In this document: in pieces, positions 1-8,601 of the stretch | How the letters are laid out: each line of letters begins with the position of its first letter | Numbering within the stretch: position 1 is the stretch's first letter | Assembly: GCA_947258375.1 (NCBI GenBank) | Contig: CAMYIJ010000010.1 | Location: 39,314-103,313, forward strand | DNA: 64,000 bases | Direction of reading: 5' to 3' | DNA from: an uncultured Acidimicrobiaceae bacterium | GTDB taxonomy: Bacteria; Actinomycetota; Acidimicrobiia; Spongiisociales; UBA5794 | Program-made: the position numbers and the translations under genes | Notes under the pieces: model-generated | Databases searched by the model: none | Told to the model about the DNA's origin: nothing | The model's input: only the letters and a program-made list of their open reading frames with translations

Positions 1-477
1 CACCAAAGGGCCAATCAGCCATCCGAGGTTGATAAACAGATAGCGCCGGCCCTCTTTGATGGCGATGTTGGCGGCAGTGGCAAGGTCGCGCACGAGGAGT
101 CCCAGAACGATCGTGAGCAGCAGGTACGCCACAGAGCGAGGTAGATCGAAAACCGCCAGCACCCAGATGTTGCCGGCGAAGCTCATGCCGACCAGCAACA
201 CGACTACCAGCGCTAGGGACGCCGTCCCGATCACGATCTTGCGATGTCGGCGGAAGGCCGCGGAGCTCGCCACGGCGGCGACCGTGCCGAGGAGGGCGAC
301 GGCCGCGAAGTAGAACCCGACCGGGCCGTCACCGCCCGCGAGGACCGAGAGCTGAATCGGTAGAACAGTCCAGAAGGCGGCGTCGCCGATGTTGACGAGT
401 AGCGACAGCCGCGCCAGCTTGGCGCCGTCGGCATGCTGGTGATGCAGGGCGGGGCGCCGCGGGTGGTACTTCAGCAT
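1..477 (-). CDS. MFS-type transporter, N-terminal part (gene runs off the window start)
   Basis: Hand translation of the minus strand from ATG at 475-477 gives a hydrophobic MFS-like N-terminus (MLKYHPRRPALHH...FWTVLPIQLSVLAGG...) that reads open to position 1. Not in the ORF track because it has no stop in the window. Confidence 0.4.
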   Translation of the reverse strand, partial: MLKYHPRRPALHHQHADGAKLARLSLLVNIGDAAFWTVLPIQLSVLAGGDGPVGFYFAAVALLGTVAAVASSAAFRRHRKIVIGTASLALVVVLLVGMSFAGNIWVLAVFDLPRSVAYLLLTIVLGLLVRDLATAANIAIKEGRRYLFINLGWLIGPLV

Positions 478-515
478 CGGGCGACCTTAACGAGATGCCT
501 GCGCCGGCCGCGTGG

Positions 516-1478
516 CTACTCCTGAACCGGCCCATCGCCTGTTTGCACCGCGATCGGGCCCTCGAGGTAGGTCCGTACAGTCGGGTACGCCAGGTCGATT
601 CCGTCCTCGGCGGCGAATGCCTCCAGCACCCTACGCCACACCCGCTGCTCGACGGATCGCCGTGCCCGGACGTCGCTCATGAAGCGGGCCGTCAGCAGGA
701 TCCCGCTATCTCTGACCGTGAGATAGACGATGGGGGTCAGCACCCCGAGCTTGATCTGGTAATTCCGGGCCGCCTCGCGGATGCGGGCGCCGGCCCGCGC
801 TTCGATGTTCGGGGCGATGTCGCGCGCGATGCCGAGCAGGATCTCCTCTGCCCGTTTCCAGTCGCTCTCGAAAGTCACCAGGACCGGGATCTCGTGCCAG
901 ATGAACTCGAACCCTTCGGTGTAGTTCGCCACCTGCTCGGCGAAGAGGACACCGTTGGGAATGTGGATGAGCCGCCCTGTTGCCTGCTCCGCCGCAACCC
1001 AGTTGCCGACCTCAGCCACGGTGAACCGGAAGATCCGCACATCAAGCACGTCACCCTTGGTCCCCCCTATCTCGATCCGGTCGCCGACCCGGAACGGGCG
1101 CCGCACCACGATGTATCCCCAGCCGGCAACGTTCTTCAGAACGTCGGCCAGAGCGATGGCGAGACCGGCCGAGACCACGGCAATGTAGGTGCCGACGGAC
1201 GAGAAGGCGGAGAACCAGATCCATCCGAGGGTAAGGCCCACCACGACGGTGGTGGTGTACGTCGCCAGCTTCCCGGACCGATACAGCACGTCGGTTTCAT
1301 CGACCCGCTTGTGCACGGCCCGCAGGATCAGCGCCCGGGCGACAAGGGCGACCGCGACCACCACGAGCGACGCCAGGATCTTGCCCTGCGTCCTCTCACT
1401 CATGCCGAACTCGTTCGCTATCCAATCCATCGCGCGGTGCCACCTCCCCGGGGGCGTCGAATCCACTCCGGGATCCAC
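516..1478 (-). CDS. small-conductance mechanosensitive channel (MscS family)
   Basis: 320-aa ORF with N-terminal TM helices then an MscS beta-domain-like region (IEIGGTKGDVLDVRIFRFTV). Start may be an internal Met near 1430 or 1403. Confidence 0.75.
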   Translation of the reverse strand: MDPGVDSTPPGRWHRAMDWIANEFGMSERTQGKILASLVVVAVALVARALILRAVHKRVDETDVLYRSGKLATYTTTVVVGLTLGWIWFSAFSSVGTYIAVVSAGLAIALADVLKNVAGWGYIVVRRPFRVGDRIEIGGTKGDVLDVRIFRFTVAEVGNWVAAEQATGRLIHIPNGVLFAEQVANYTEGFEFIWHEIPVLVTFESDWKRAEEILLGIARDIAPNIEARAGARIREAARNYQIKLGVLTPIVYLTVRDSGILLTARFMSDVRARRSVEQRVWRRVLEAFAAEDGIDLAYPTVRTYLEGPIAVQTGDGPVQE

Positions 1479-1553
1479 CGGGACGATACCGCCGCGTCCC
1501 CGCAGAACGGGTGCACATCCAACCCGGCGTTCTCACGGCCGTAGAGTTCGGGG

Positions 1554-2435
1554 ATGATTCGTGTCACGATCACCGGCAGCGGGACCCCCATCATGGTTTC
1601 CGGGCGGGCCGGCCCCGGAGTGCTTGTTGCGGTCGACGAAGACGTCAAACTCCAATTCGACGCCGGCCGGGCCACAACATTGCGCCTCACCGAGGCCGGA
1701 GTCGCGCTCCCCGAGCTGACGGCGCTCTTCATCACCCACCACCACAGCGATCATCTCGTCGGACTGAGCGATCTCGCCATGAGCTGGTGGCTGGAGCATC
1801 CGGCAACGGCCGCGCGGCCACTGCCGGTCGTGGCCCCGGACGGTGAAGCGGCCAATATCGCCGAGCACCTGCTCGATGTGTGGCAGACCGAGATGAGGAT
1901 GCGCGCCGACCACACAGGACGTCCCGGCCCGGCCACGATCAGCGTGCAGCGCTTTGCGGCGCCCCAGACGCCACAGGAGATCTTCACTGTTCGAGACGTT
2001 CGCGTCTCCGCCGTGCAGGTCCGTCACGAACCCGTGACGCCCGCGGTGGCCTATCGGGTCGATGCCGCCGACGGCTCCGTGGTGATATCCGGCGACACCG
2101 CCGTATGCCCCGGTCTCGAAGAGATTGCTACCGGCGCCACGGTGCTCGTGCAGGAGGCGTTTCGCCCCGACGCCGTGCCCGCCGGGCTTCTGTCCGACCC
2201 GGAGGCGCTCGCCGCCTACCACTCCGAGGTCGGAGCCGTCGGGGAGATGGCGGTGCGAGCCGGCGTGGGGGCGCTCATGCTGACCCATCTCATCCCCCCA
2301 CCCGTATCCGAGGAGGAGAAGGCAGGCTTCGTCGATGACGTCCGGGCCGCCGGATATCAGGGGCCGGTGGTCGTCGCCGACGATCTCAATTTCGTGGAGG
2401 TCGCCACCCGACGGCCGGAAGAGGCGGCCACCTAA
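1554..2435 (+). CDS. MBL-fold metallo-hydrolase (RNase Z/BN-like)
   Basis: 293-aa ORF with the THHHSDH (HxHxDH) metallo-beta-lactamase motif and an RNase-Z-like N-terminus. Confidence 0.75.
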   Translation: MIRVTITGSGTPIMVSGRAGPGVLVAVDEDVKLQFDAGRATTLRLTEAGVALPELTALFITHHHSDHLVGLSDLAMSWWLEHPATAARPLPVVAPDGEAANIAEHLLDVWQTEMRMRADHTGRPGPATISVQRFAAPQTPQEIFTVRDVRVSAVQVRHEPVTPAVAYRVDAADGSVVISGDTAVCPGLEEIATGATVLVQEAFRPDAVPAGLLSDPEALAAYHSEVGAVGEMAVRAGVGALMLTHLIPPPVSEEEKAGFVDDVRAAGYQGPVVVADDLNFVEVATRRPEEAAT

Positions 2436-2474
2436 GATCGGCCCGGCGCACCTGCCCCTCGCAGAGGAGTCGAC

Positions 2475-3776
2475 ATGACGGATGCAACCCAGCCGGATTA
2501 CCAGTCCGGCTTCGGTAACGAGTTTGCCTCGGAAGCGCTGCCCGGCGCCCTGCCCGTCGGCCAGAACAACCCCCAGAAGCCACCCCTCGGGCTCTACACC
2601 GAGCAGCTGAGCGGTACCGCCTTCACGGTGCCGAACGCCCGCAACCGGCGCAACTGGCACTACCGGATCCGGCCCTCCGTGCGCCATGCCTGGCAGTTCG
2701 TCGAGACCGAGAACCACCACATCCGTACGGCGCCGTGTCGCGAGGGGCAGCCGCCGATCGGCCAGATCCGCTGGGACCCACCGCCGTTTCCCGACGGCGC
2801 CACCAACTTCCTCACCGGGATGCGAACGGTGTGCACCAACGGCGACGCCCACATGCAGGCAGGAATGGCCGCGCACATCTACATGGCGAACGAGTCGATG
2901 ACGAACACCTACTTCTACAACGCCGATGGCGAGATGATGGTGGTGCCCCAGGAGGGCCGGCTCAGGTTCGCCACCGAGTGCGGCGTGCTGGTGGTCTCCC
3001 CAGGCGAGATCTGCGTGATACCGCGGGGAATGAAGTTCCGGGTCGAACTGCTCGACGGCCCGTCACGCGGGTACGTCTGTGAGAACTACGGCGTCTACCT
3101 CGAAATCCCCGAGCGAGGCCCGATTGGCGCCAACGGCCTCGCCAACCCCCGGGACTTCCTCTATCCGGTCGCCGCCTTCGAGGACACCGAAGCGGCCGGT
3201 GAGTTGTATGTGAAGTTCGACGGGCGGCTCTTCATGGTGGAACTCGACTACTCGCCGCTCGATGTCGTCGGGTGGCACGGCAATCACGCCCCGTACAAGT
3301 ACGACCTCACCAACTACAACGTGATGGGGTCGATCAGCTTCGATCACCCCGACCCCTCGATCTTCACGGTGCTCACGTCACCATCGGACACTTCGGGCAT
3401 GGCCAACATCGACTTCGCGATCTTTGCCGACCGCTGGCTGGTCGGCGAGCACACCTTCCGGCCGCCCTGGTATCACATGAACATCATGAGCGAGTTCATG
3501 GGAATCCTGTACGGCGTATACGACGCCAAAGAAGAAGGCTTCGAGCCGGGCGGGATGAGCCTGCACAACATGTACTTCCCGCACGGCCCCGACCACGATG
3601 CCTGGCTCAAAGCGACAACGTCGGACCTGGCGCCCGAAAAGCTGGCAGGCACGATGGCCTTCATGTTCGAGACGCGCTATCCGCTGATACCGACGGAGTA
3701 TGCCTCATCGATCCCGGCTCTTCAGGACGACTACCCCAGCGTATGGCACAGCCTGGAGAAGCACTTCGAATTCTAG
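2475..3776 (+). CDS. hmgA: homogentisate 1,2-dioxygenase
   Basis: 433-aa ORF. Classic HGD N-terminus YQSGFGNEFASEALPGALPVGQNNPQ and HGD-typical length. Confidence 0.9.
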   Translation: MTDATQPDYQSGFGNEFASEALPGALPVGQNNPQKPPLGLYTEQLSGTAFTVPNARNRRNWHYRIRPSVRHAWQFVETENHHIRTAPCREGQPPIGQIRWDPPPFPDGATNFLTGMRTVCTNGDAHMQAGMAAHIYMANESMTNTYFYNADGEMMVVPQEGRLRFATECGVLVVSPGEICVIPRGMKFRVELLDGPSRGYVCENYGVYLEIPERGPIGANGLANPRDFLYPVAAFEDTEAAGELYVKFDGRLFMVELDYSPLDVVGWHGNHAPYKYDLTNYNVMGSISFDHPDPSIFTVLTSPSDTSGMANIDFAIFADRWLVGEHTFRPPWYHMNIMSEFMGILYGVYDAKEEGFEPGGMSLHNMYFPHGPDHDAWLKATTSDLAPEKLAGTMAFMFETRYPLIPTEYASSIPALQDDYPSVWHSLEKHFEF

Positions 3777-3785
3777 AGAAGTATC

Positions 3786-3935
3786 CAGTACTCAGTAATC
3801 AGTACCGCGCGTTGATGGGCGCTCGCATTCAGAATCGTTGCGCACGCCCGCGAAGCCCGTTCACAAGACGCGCGACCACGGTGTTATCGATACTGAGTAC
3901 TGAGTACTGAATACTGAGTACTGAATACTGAGCAC
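3786..3935. repeat. heptamer tandem array TACTGA(G/A) x6 (3891-3935) with an inverted partial copy (3786-3806) flanking about 85 bp; low-GC island
   Basis: Read directly: tactgagtactgagtactgaatactgagtactgaatactgag, and upstream cagtactcagtaatcagtac, the reverse complement of the unit. Lies between the convergent hmgA and DUF1876 genes. Confidence 0.6.
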
Positions 3936-3942
3936 TTGCCTT

Positions 3943-4191
3943 CTAGACCGTCAGAAACTGCTCGATTTTGGACTGGGCGGCCTCCATGACCTGGTTGGTC
4001 AGCCCGCTGAGGGCGCGAGCAACGGCCAGCTCCTCACCGACAACCGGCATCGGCCGGTCATGGGGATTGCGCTTTGCCCTTCCGGTTGATTCGAAGTGCT
4101 CGCCACGCAGATTCAGTTCGAGAAACGCCAACGTCTGATCTGTGTCCTCGTCGATATGGACATGGATATCAAGCTCTTGCTGCATCAACAC
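3943..4191 (-). CDS. DUF1876 domain-containing small protein
   Basis: 82-aa ORF. The segment GRAKRNPHDRPMPVVGEELAVARALSGL matches the conserved ARRNPxDxxxPxIGDELAxARAL signature of actinobacterial DUF1876 proteins (from memory). Confidence 0.55.
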   Translation of the reverse strand: MLMQQELDIHVHIDEDTDQTLAFLELNLRGEHFESTGRAKRNPHDRPMPVVGEELAVARALSGLTNQVMEAAQSKIEQFLTV

Positions 4192-4265
4192 CTCCTTCTC
4201 ACTCCAATAATGCCGGACGGAGGTGGCCAGGTGAAGGGCCGATCGGACTTATCGGGTATTTGTGC

Positions 4266-5171
4266 TCAGGATTCCCCGTTGGCCGGAATCGGATCGGGGC
4301 CCCAGTCGGGCCACGGGGCATAGACCACGGGACGGGCGCCGGCGTGGACCAACTCCCAGTCACGCGGCCAGGCGTTGCCGACGCAGCCTTTGAGGCCGCC
4401 GGTCTGGGGCTCCATCACTCCCGCCGGACGCCCGGGAATCGGGCAGCGGGGAGTCGGGTGGCGCTGCCCGATGAGGTGCCCCACCTCGTGGGTGACCAGG
4501 TAGCCGCGGTACAGCGTCAGGTCGCCGTCCCAGTGGTCGACGGCATTGCGCCAGCGCTGGGCGTTCAGGGCAACGACGGGCCCGTTCTGGCAGCTGGCGA
4601 ACCCCTTCGTCTGCAGCGGGAGGCACAACTCGTCGACCTCAGCCGGCTCCGCGAGCACCACCAGGTACTCGCTATCGGGTTCTTCAACGAAAGTGAAGCC
4701 GGCCTGAATCCATCCGCGAGGATCGGTGAGGATTCCCATCGCCTCCGCAGCGAACTCGGCGTCGCCGACGTCGGCGACGCGGGATTCAAAGCGCAGTTCC
4801 ACGACCTGCTCAAACGGACCGGGGGCCACAGTCGTCGTAGTAGTCGTCGGCGTCGTAGTCGTGGTGGTGGTGGTGGTGGTCGGCGTCGTAGTCGTGGTGG
4901 TGGTGGTCGGCGGTGTAGTCGTGGTGGTTGTGGTTGTTGACGTCGTGCTTGTGATTGTCGGCAGTTCGGTGGATGTCGTCGCCGCCGGGGTGGACCCGGT
5001 TGAGGCAGGGGACACAGGGGTGGTCAGGTTCGGCAGCAAAGTGGTCGTCGTAGTGACCTGCGCTGGTGGTGGTTCGCCCGCCGCGCAGCCCGCCGCCAGT
5101 CCGGCGGCAAGCAGCGCCGCCAGCATCAGCCGCTGTAGCCCGGAGATTCTCACACCCCCATCTTCGCTCAT
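4266..5171 (-). CDS. secreted lipoprotein zinc metalloprotease (DUF3152-like), Thr-rich linker
   Basis: Signal peptide with lipobox LAAGC, about 45-residue poly-Thr/Pro linker, C-terminal domain with HEVGHLIG (HExxH). Start uncertain (ATG 5171 or GTG near 5153). The ORF track extends to 5219. Confidence 0.7.
   Translation of the reverse strand: MSEDGGVRISGLQRLMLAALLAAGLAAGCAAGEPPPAQVTTTTTLLPNLTTPVSPASTGSTPAATTSTELPTITSTTSTTTTTTTTPPTTTTTTTTPTTTTTTTTTTPTTTTTTVAPGPFEQVVELRFESRVADVGDAEFAAEAMGILTDPRGWIQAGFTFVEEPDSEYLVVLAEPAEVDELCLPLQTKGFASCQNGPVVALNAQRWRNAVDHWDGDLTLYRGYLVTHEVGHLIGQRHPTPRCPIPGRPAGVMEPQTGGLKGCVGNAWPRDWELVHAGARPVVYAPWPDWGPDPIPANGES
4836..4960. repeat. degenerate trinucleotide (GGT/GTC on plus, i.e. 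ACC/GAC codons) tandem repeats encoding the poly-Thr linker
   Basis: Runs of gtcgtagtcgtggtggtggtggtggtc repeated. Potential slippage/length-variation tract inside the DUF3152 gene. Confidence 0.55.
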
Positions 5172-5305
5172 CTGTGGGAGCGGGTAGAACCGCCTGCCGT
5201 TTACCCATCGAGATCGCACTTCCCGCTCGTTGTCTTGCGGCTAGCGCTTCACACTTCGATGATGTGGTTGGGTTCGGACGGCGGTCCGGTGGCGTCCGGC
5301 CGATT

Positions 5306-5758
5306 TCACGTCTGGCGCGGCACGTACGGCTCGTAGTGATGTTCGGTCTCGGTGATCGCCGCGTTCCACTCGAGAAGTTCACTGCACAGCAGCCGGTCCC
5401 CATCGCGGTCGGCGAAAGTGAGCTTGAGGACACCCTCTGCCTCGACCCAGTACCCCGGCTCGCGCAGCTCGGCATCTGCCCACCAGCGAGCGAACGCCTG
5501 ATTGCCCTTGACCGCCCACAGCTCATAGCCACCGTCGAGGAAGCGGCTCAGCTCTACAGTGACCCAATGCCAGTACTCGGCGATCTGCCGGCGACCGCGC
5601 ATCCGCTTCCCCTCCGGCCACGGTTTCTCGAAAGGCGTCTCCACGTAGGCGGCGTCGTCGGTGAAGAGTCGAGCAGCCGCCTCAGCGTCGGCAGCCCGCC
5701 AAGCCGCGTAGTAGTCATCGAGCCAGCGGGTTACCTCCCCTTCGGTCACCGTCAGCAT
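5306..5758 (-). CDS. SnoaL-like / NTF2-fold protein
   Basis: ORF 5306-5860. Internal Met start MLTVTEGEVTRWLDDYYAAWRAAD is typical of SnoaL-like polyketide cyclase/NTF2 family proteins. 16 nt downstream of the MBL gene, so probably an operon. Confidence 0.6.
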   Translation of the reverse strand: MLTVTEGEVTRWLDDYYAAWRAADAEAAARLFTDDAAYVETPFEKPWPEGKRMRGRRQIAEYWHWVTVELSRFLDGGYELWAVKGNQAFARWWADAELREPGYWVEAEGVLKLTFADRDGDRLLCSELLEWNAAITETEHHYEPYVPRQT

Positions 5759-5774
5759 CTGGACCCTTCCCCGC

Positions 5775-6398
5775 TCACGCCGTGAAGCTGTCGCCCCAGT
5801 CGAGCGGCACGACTTCGATGCCGTCCTGGGCGAGGACGCTTTTCGCCAACCCAACGACAAAGCTGCGGCCGGCCTCCGTCAGATAGAAGTCGTGAATCGG
5901 CACGACCTGTTGCGGAGCCAGATGACGGGCGAACTCGACAGAGCGGGTGGTCGAGCCCCACGGAATCATCAGAGGAAGCGCCAATACCGGGGCCGTGGTG
6001 GTCGGCTGATAACTGTCGCCGGGGTGGGTGATGACGTCCTCAATGGTGTAGGAGCGATTGGGCGGCTGCGCCCCGGTTGGGATCATCTCGTGGAGGACAT
6101 CCTCCGAAGACACCCCGGGAGGATGATCGACAGATGCTGCAATTTCGTGTTCTCCCAGAAGGTCGACGACAGCCTGGTTGGAGAACACCTCGACGTCGGT
6201 GCCGCGGTCGATCAGCCACTGCACAAACTCGGGGCTGACGTGGTCGGCGTGCTCATGGGTGATCAACACCCGCTGCACCTCACCGACCGTCGATAGGTCG
6301 AACTCGGCAAACGTGAAGAACCCCGGGTCGAAGAGAGTGGTGCCGGCGTCATTGGTGACGCTGAGGCAGGAATTGGTCAGGCGCCTGATCTTGCTCAT
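5775..6398 (-). CDS. MBL-fold metallo-hydrolase
   Basis: 207-aa ORF with the THEHADH motif. Confidence 0.7.
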   Translation of the reverse strand: MSKIRRLTNSCLSVTNDAGTTLFDPGFFTFAEFDLSTVGEVQRVLITHEHADHVSPEFVQWLIDRGTDVEVFSNQAVVDLLGEHEIAASVDHPPGVSSEDVLHEMIPTGAQPPNRSYTIEDVITHPGDSYQPTTTAPVLALPLMIPWGSTTRSVEFARHLAPQQVVPIHDFYLTEAGRSFVVGLAKSVLAQDGIEVVPLDWGDSFTA

Positions 6399-6437
6399 AA
6401 CCCAACGCTACTCCGATGGAGCCCGGCGGCGCCGGGC

Positions 6438-7280
6438 TCACGGGCCGATGGCGTCGCCGGGGAGCGGCCCGTCGGGGTGCAGGGCGCTCTGGAAACGCCT
6501 CATGCCGGCGAGCCAGCGGTCGATGTCCGTCGCCTTGCGCACGACGTAGTCGGCCACCGCCGGATGCGGCAGCACCCAGAACCGCTCCTCCCCTATGGCC
6601 TCGAGACATTGCCGGGCAACATCGTCGGGCTCGACGACACCGTCCTGCCCGGCGACGCTCCCGTCGAGTCCATCCCAGATGCTGGTGTCCGGACTGTTCT
6701 CCAGAATGTTGGTGCGGACCGCCTGGGGACACAGCACCGATACCCGGATCCCCTGGTGATGGTGGGTAATGGCGAGCCACTCGGCCAGAGATATGGCGGC
6801 ATGTTTGGTGACCGAATAGGACAGCGACCCGATCTGCGTCAACAGCCCGGCCGCGGAAGCCGTGTTCAGCAGGTACCCGCTGCCGTTGGCGATCATCTGC
6901 GGAAGCACCGCCCGCGCCGCATAGATGTGAGACATCACGTGGACCTCCCACATTGCCTGGATACGGTCGTTGCTGTCTTCGAGGCCTCCGGTCGTGACGT
7001 ACCCGGCATTGGAAGCAAAGAGGCCGATGGGGCCGTGAACGTCCTCCGTCGAGTCCACCACAGCTTTGATGGCAGCTTCGTCGCGGACGTCGATCCCGGC
7101 GGCAGTTCCCCCGACGGCGGCGGCCACCCGTCCGGCCTGTTCGGCGTCGATGTCGGCGACGACAACATGCGCGGCGCCTGCGGCGGCCACCGCCACGGCC
7201 AGGGCTTCACCGATGCCCGACCCGCCGCCCGTGATCACTGCGACTCGTCCTTGGAGGTCCATGGCGATCAAGATAGCCAA
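6438..7280 (-). CDS. SDR family oxidoreductase
   Basis: GRVAVITGGGSGIG Rossmann motif, and the S...YxxxK pattern in YSVTKHA. Confidence 0.8.
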   Translation of the reverse strand: MAILIAMDLQGRVAVITGGGSGIGEALAVAVAAAGAAHVVVADIDAEQAGRVAAAVGGTAAGIDVRDEAAIKAVVDSTEDVHGPIGLFASNAGYVTTGGLEDSNDRIQAMWEVHVMSHIYAARAVLPQMIANGSGYLLNTASAAGLLTQIGSLSYSVTKHAAISLAEWLAITHHHQGIRVSVLCPQAVRTNILENSPDTSIWDGLDGSVAGQDGVVEPDDVARQCLEAIGEERFWVLPHPAVADYVVRKATDIDRWLAGMRRFQSALHPDGPLPGDAIGP

Positions 7281-7323
7281 GCGGACGGACGACCGACCGG
7301 TCGTGCCGGTGACCTAGCCTGGC

Positions 7324-8547
7324 GTGGTGGAGATTCCTTCCGAACTACCAGCCCCGCTGCGCGGCAACGAGCCCGGCACGTTCACTCATCACTCGGTCGC
7401 CGTGAGGCTGCCTGAAATCGCGACCCGGGTGATCGAGGAGAACGACCTCGATCCGGCAGCTCGTTCGGCCATGGCCGGGCTCATCGATGAAGTCGCCGGC
7501 GGCGTCATCACACAGCTCGGCGGGCAAGGGCCCGATCCCGCCGCCTGGGACTCCTACGTGGCTCCGCACCTGGGCCGGGGCTGGCTGGACGTCCCCTGGT
7601 TCTTCGCTGAGTACTACTTCTACCGGCGAGTTCTCGATGCCGTCGGCTACTGGGACACCGGCAGCGATCCGTATCGTGCCCAGAAACGGCTCGGCCTCGA
7701 GCAGGCCATCGAACCCGCGCGTGAGACGATTGCCGCGGTCGATGCCGAATACGCGCAATGGGTCTCGACGGACGTTCTGCTGATTCAGCTCACCGATGCC
7801 GCGCTGTGGGGCAATCAGGTGGACCTCAGCCTGTGGCCGGCAGTCGATGGAGAGCGCAGCACACCAACCCTCGACCCCTCTCGCTTCCTCCTCGACGATC
7901 GGCCGCGGGCCATCCGCACCCTCGGCGAGCGGATCCCGCCGACCGTTGACATCGTTCTCGATAACGTTGGTTCGGAGCTCATCGCCGACCTGCTCGTGGC
8001 CGACATGTTGCTGCGCAGCGACCTCGCCGCCAAGGTTCGGCTGCACGTCAAGCAGTACCCGGTCTTTGTATCCGACGCCACGTCTCGCGATGTGGCCGAG
8101 ACGGTGCAACGGATGGCGGCCGACTCCAACCGGCACCTTCGCGGGGCCGGAGAGCGCCTCCGGGTCGAATTCGACGTCAACCGCCTGGAAGCAACGGTGC
8201 ACCCCTACTGGGTGTCACCACTCGGTTGGCGGCAGCGGCCGGACGACCTCGAGGAGATGCTGAACGAGTCGGGCCTGATCCTCGTGAAAGGTGACGCCAA
8301 CTACCGGCGCCTCGTCGACGATCGGCATTGGGACTTCAGCACGCCCTTCGCCACCGCGGTCGGTCCCAGCCCGGCGCCACTGCTGGCGCTGCGCACCGTG
8401 AAGTCGGAGGTCGCAGCCGGGCTGGGAACCACCTCTGTGGAAGCCGCGGCAGCCGCCGATCCCGAGTGGCTGCAGAACGGGCGCTGGGCCATTGCCGCGT
8501 TTCTCCCGGGGCCGGACACCCGTGAGAACGGCACCGACTTGGGCTGA
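7324..8547 (+). CDS. damage-control phosphatase ARMT1-like (DUF89) protein
   Basis: 407-aa ORF. Overall resemblance to DUF89/ARMT1 family members (LILVKGDANYRRL near the C-terminus). Confidence 0.65.
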   Translation: MVEIPSELPAPLRGNEPGTFTHHSVAVRLPEIATRVIEENDLDPAARSAMAGLIDEVAGGVITQLGGQGPDPAAWDSYVAPHLGRGWLDVPWFFAEYYFYRRVLDAVGYWDTGSDPYRAQKRLGLEQAIEPARETIAAVDAEYAQWVSTDVLLIQLTDAALWGNQVDLSLWPAVDGERSTPTLDPSRFLLDDRPRAIRTLGERIPPTVDIVLDNVGSELIADLLVADMLLRSDLAAKVRLHVKQYPVFVSDATSRDVAETVQRMAADSNRHLRGAGERLRVEFDVNRLEATVHPYWVSPLGWRQRPDDLEEMLNESGLILVKGDANYRRLVDDRHWDFSTPFATAVGPSPAPLLALRTVKSEVAAGLGTTSVEAAAAADPEWLQNGRWAIAAFLPGPDTRENGTDLG

Positions 8548-8601
8548 AGTCGGGTCCGGCGACTACCGATACACCAGGAACCACTTACCATTCATGGATC
8601 A

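Noticed and set aside
3891-3935. Heptamer array as a CRISPR array
   Set aside because: The unit is 7 bp with no spacers, far too short. There are no cas genes.
4074-4940. 288-aa plus ORF ending in a Gly/Arg repeat tail (GGGGGGRRRSRGGGGRR)
   Set aside because: It is the antisense reading of the (ACC)n Thr-linker repeats of the DUF3152 gene, so an artefact.
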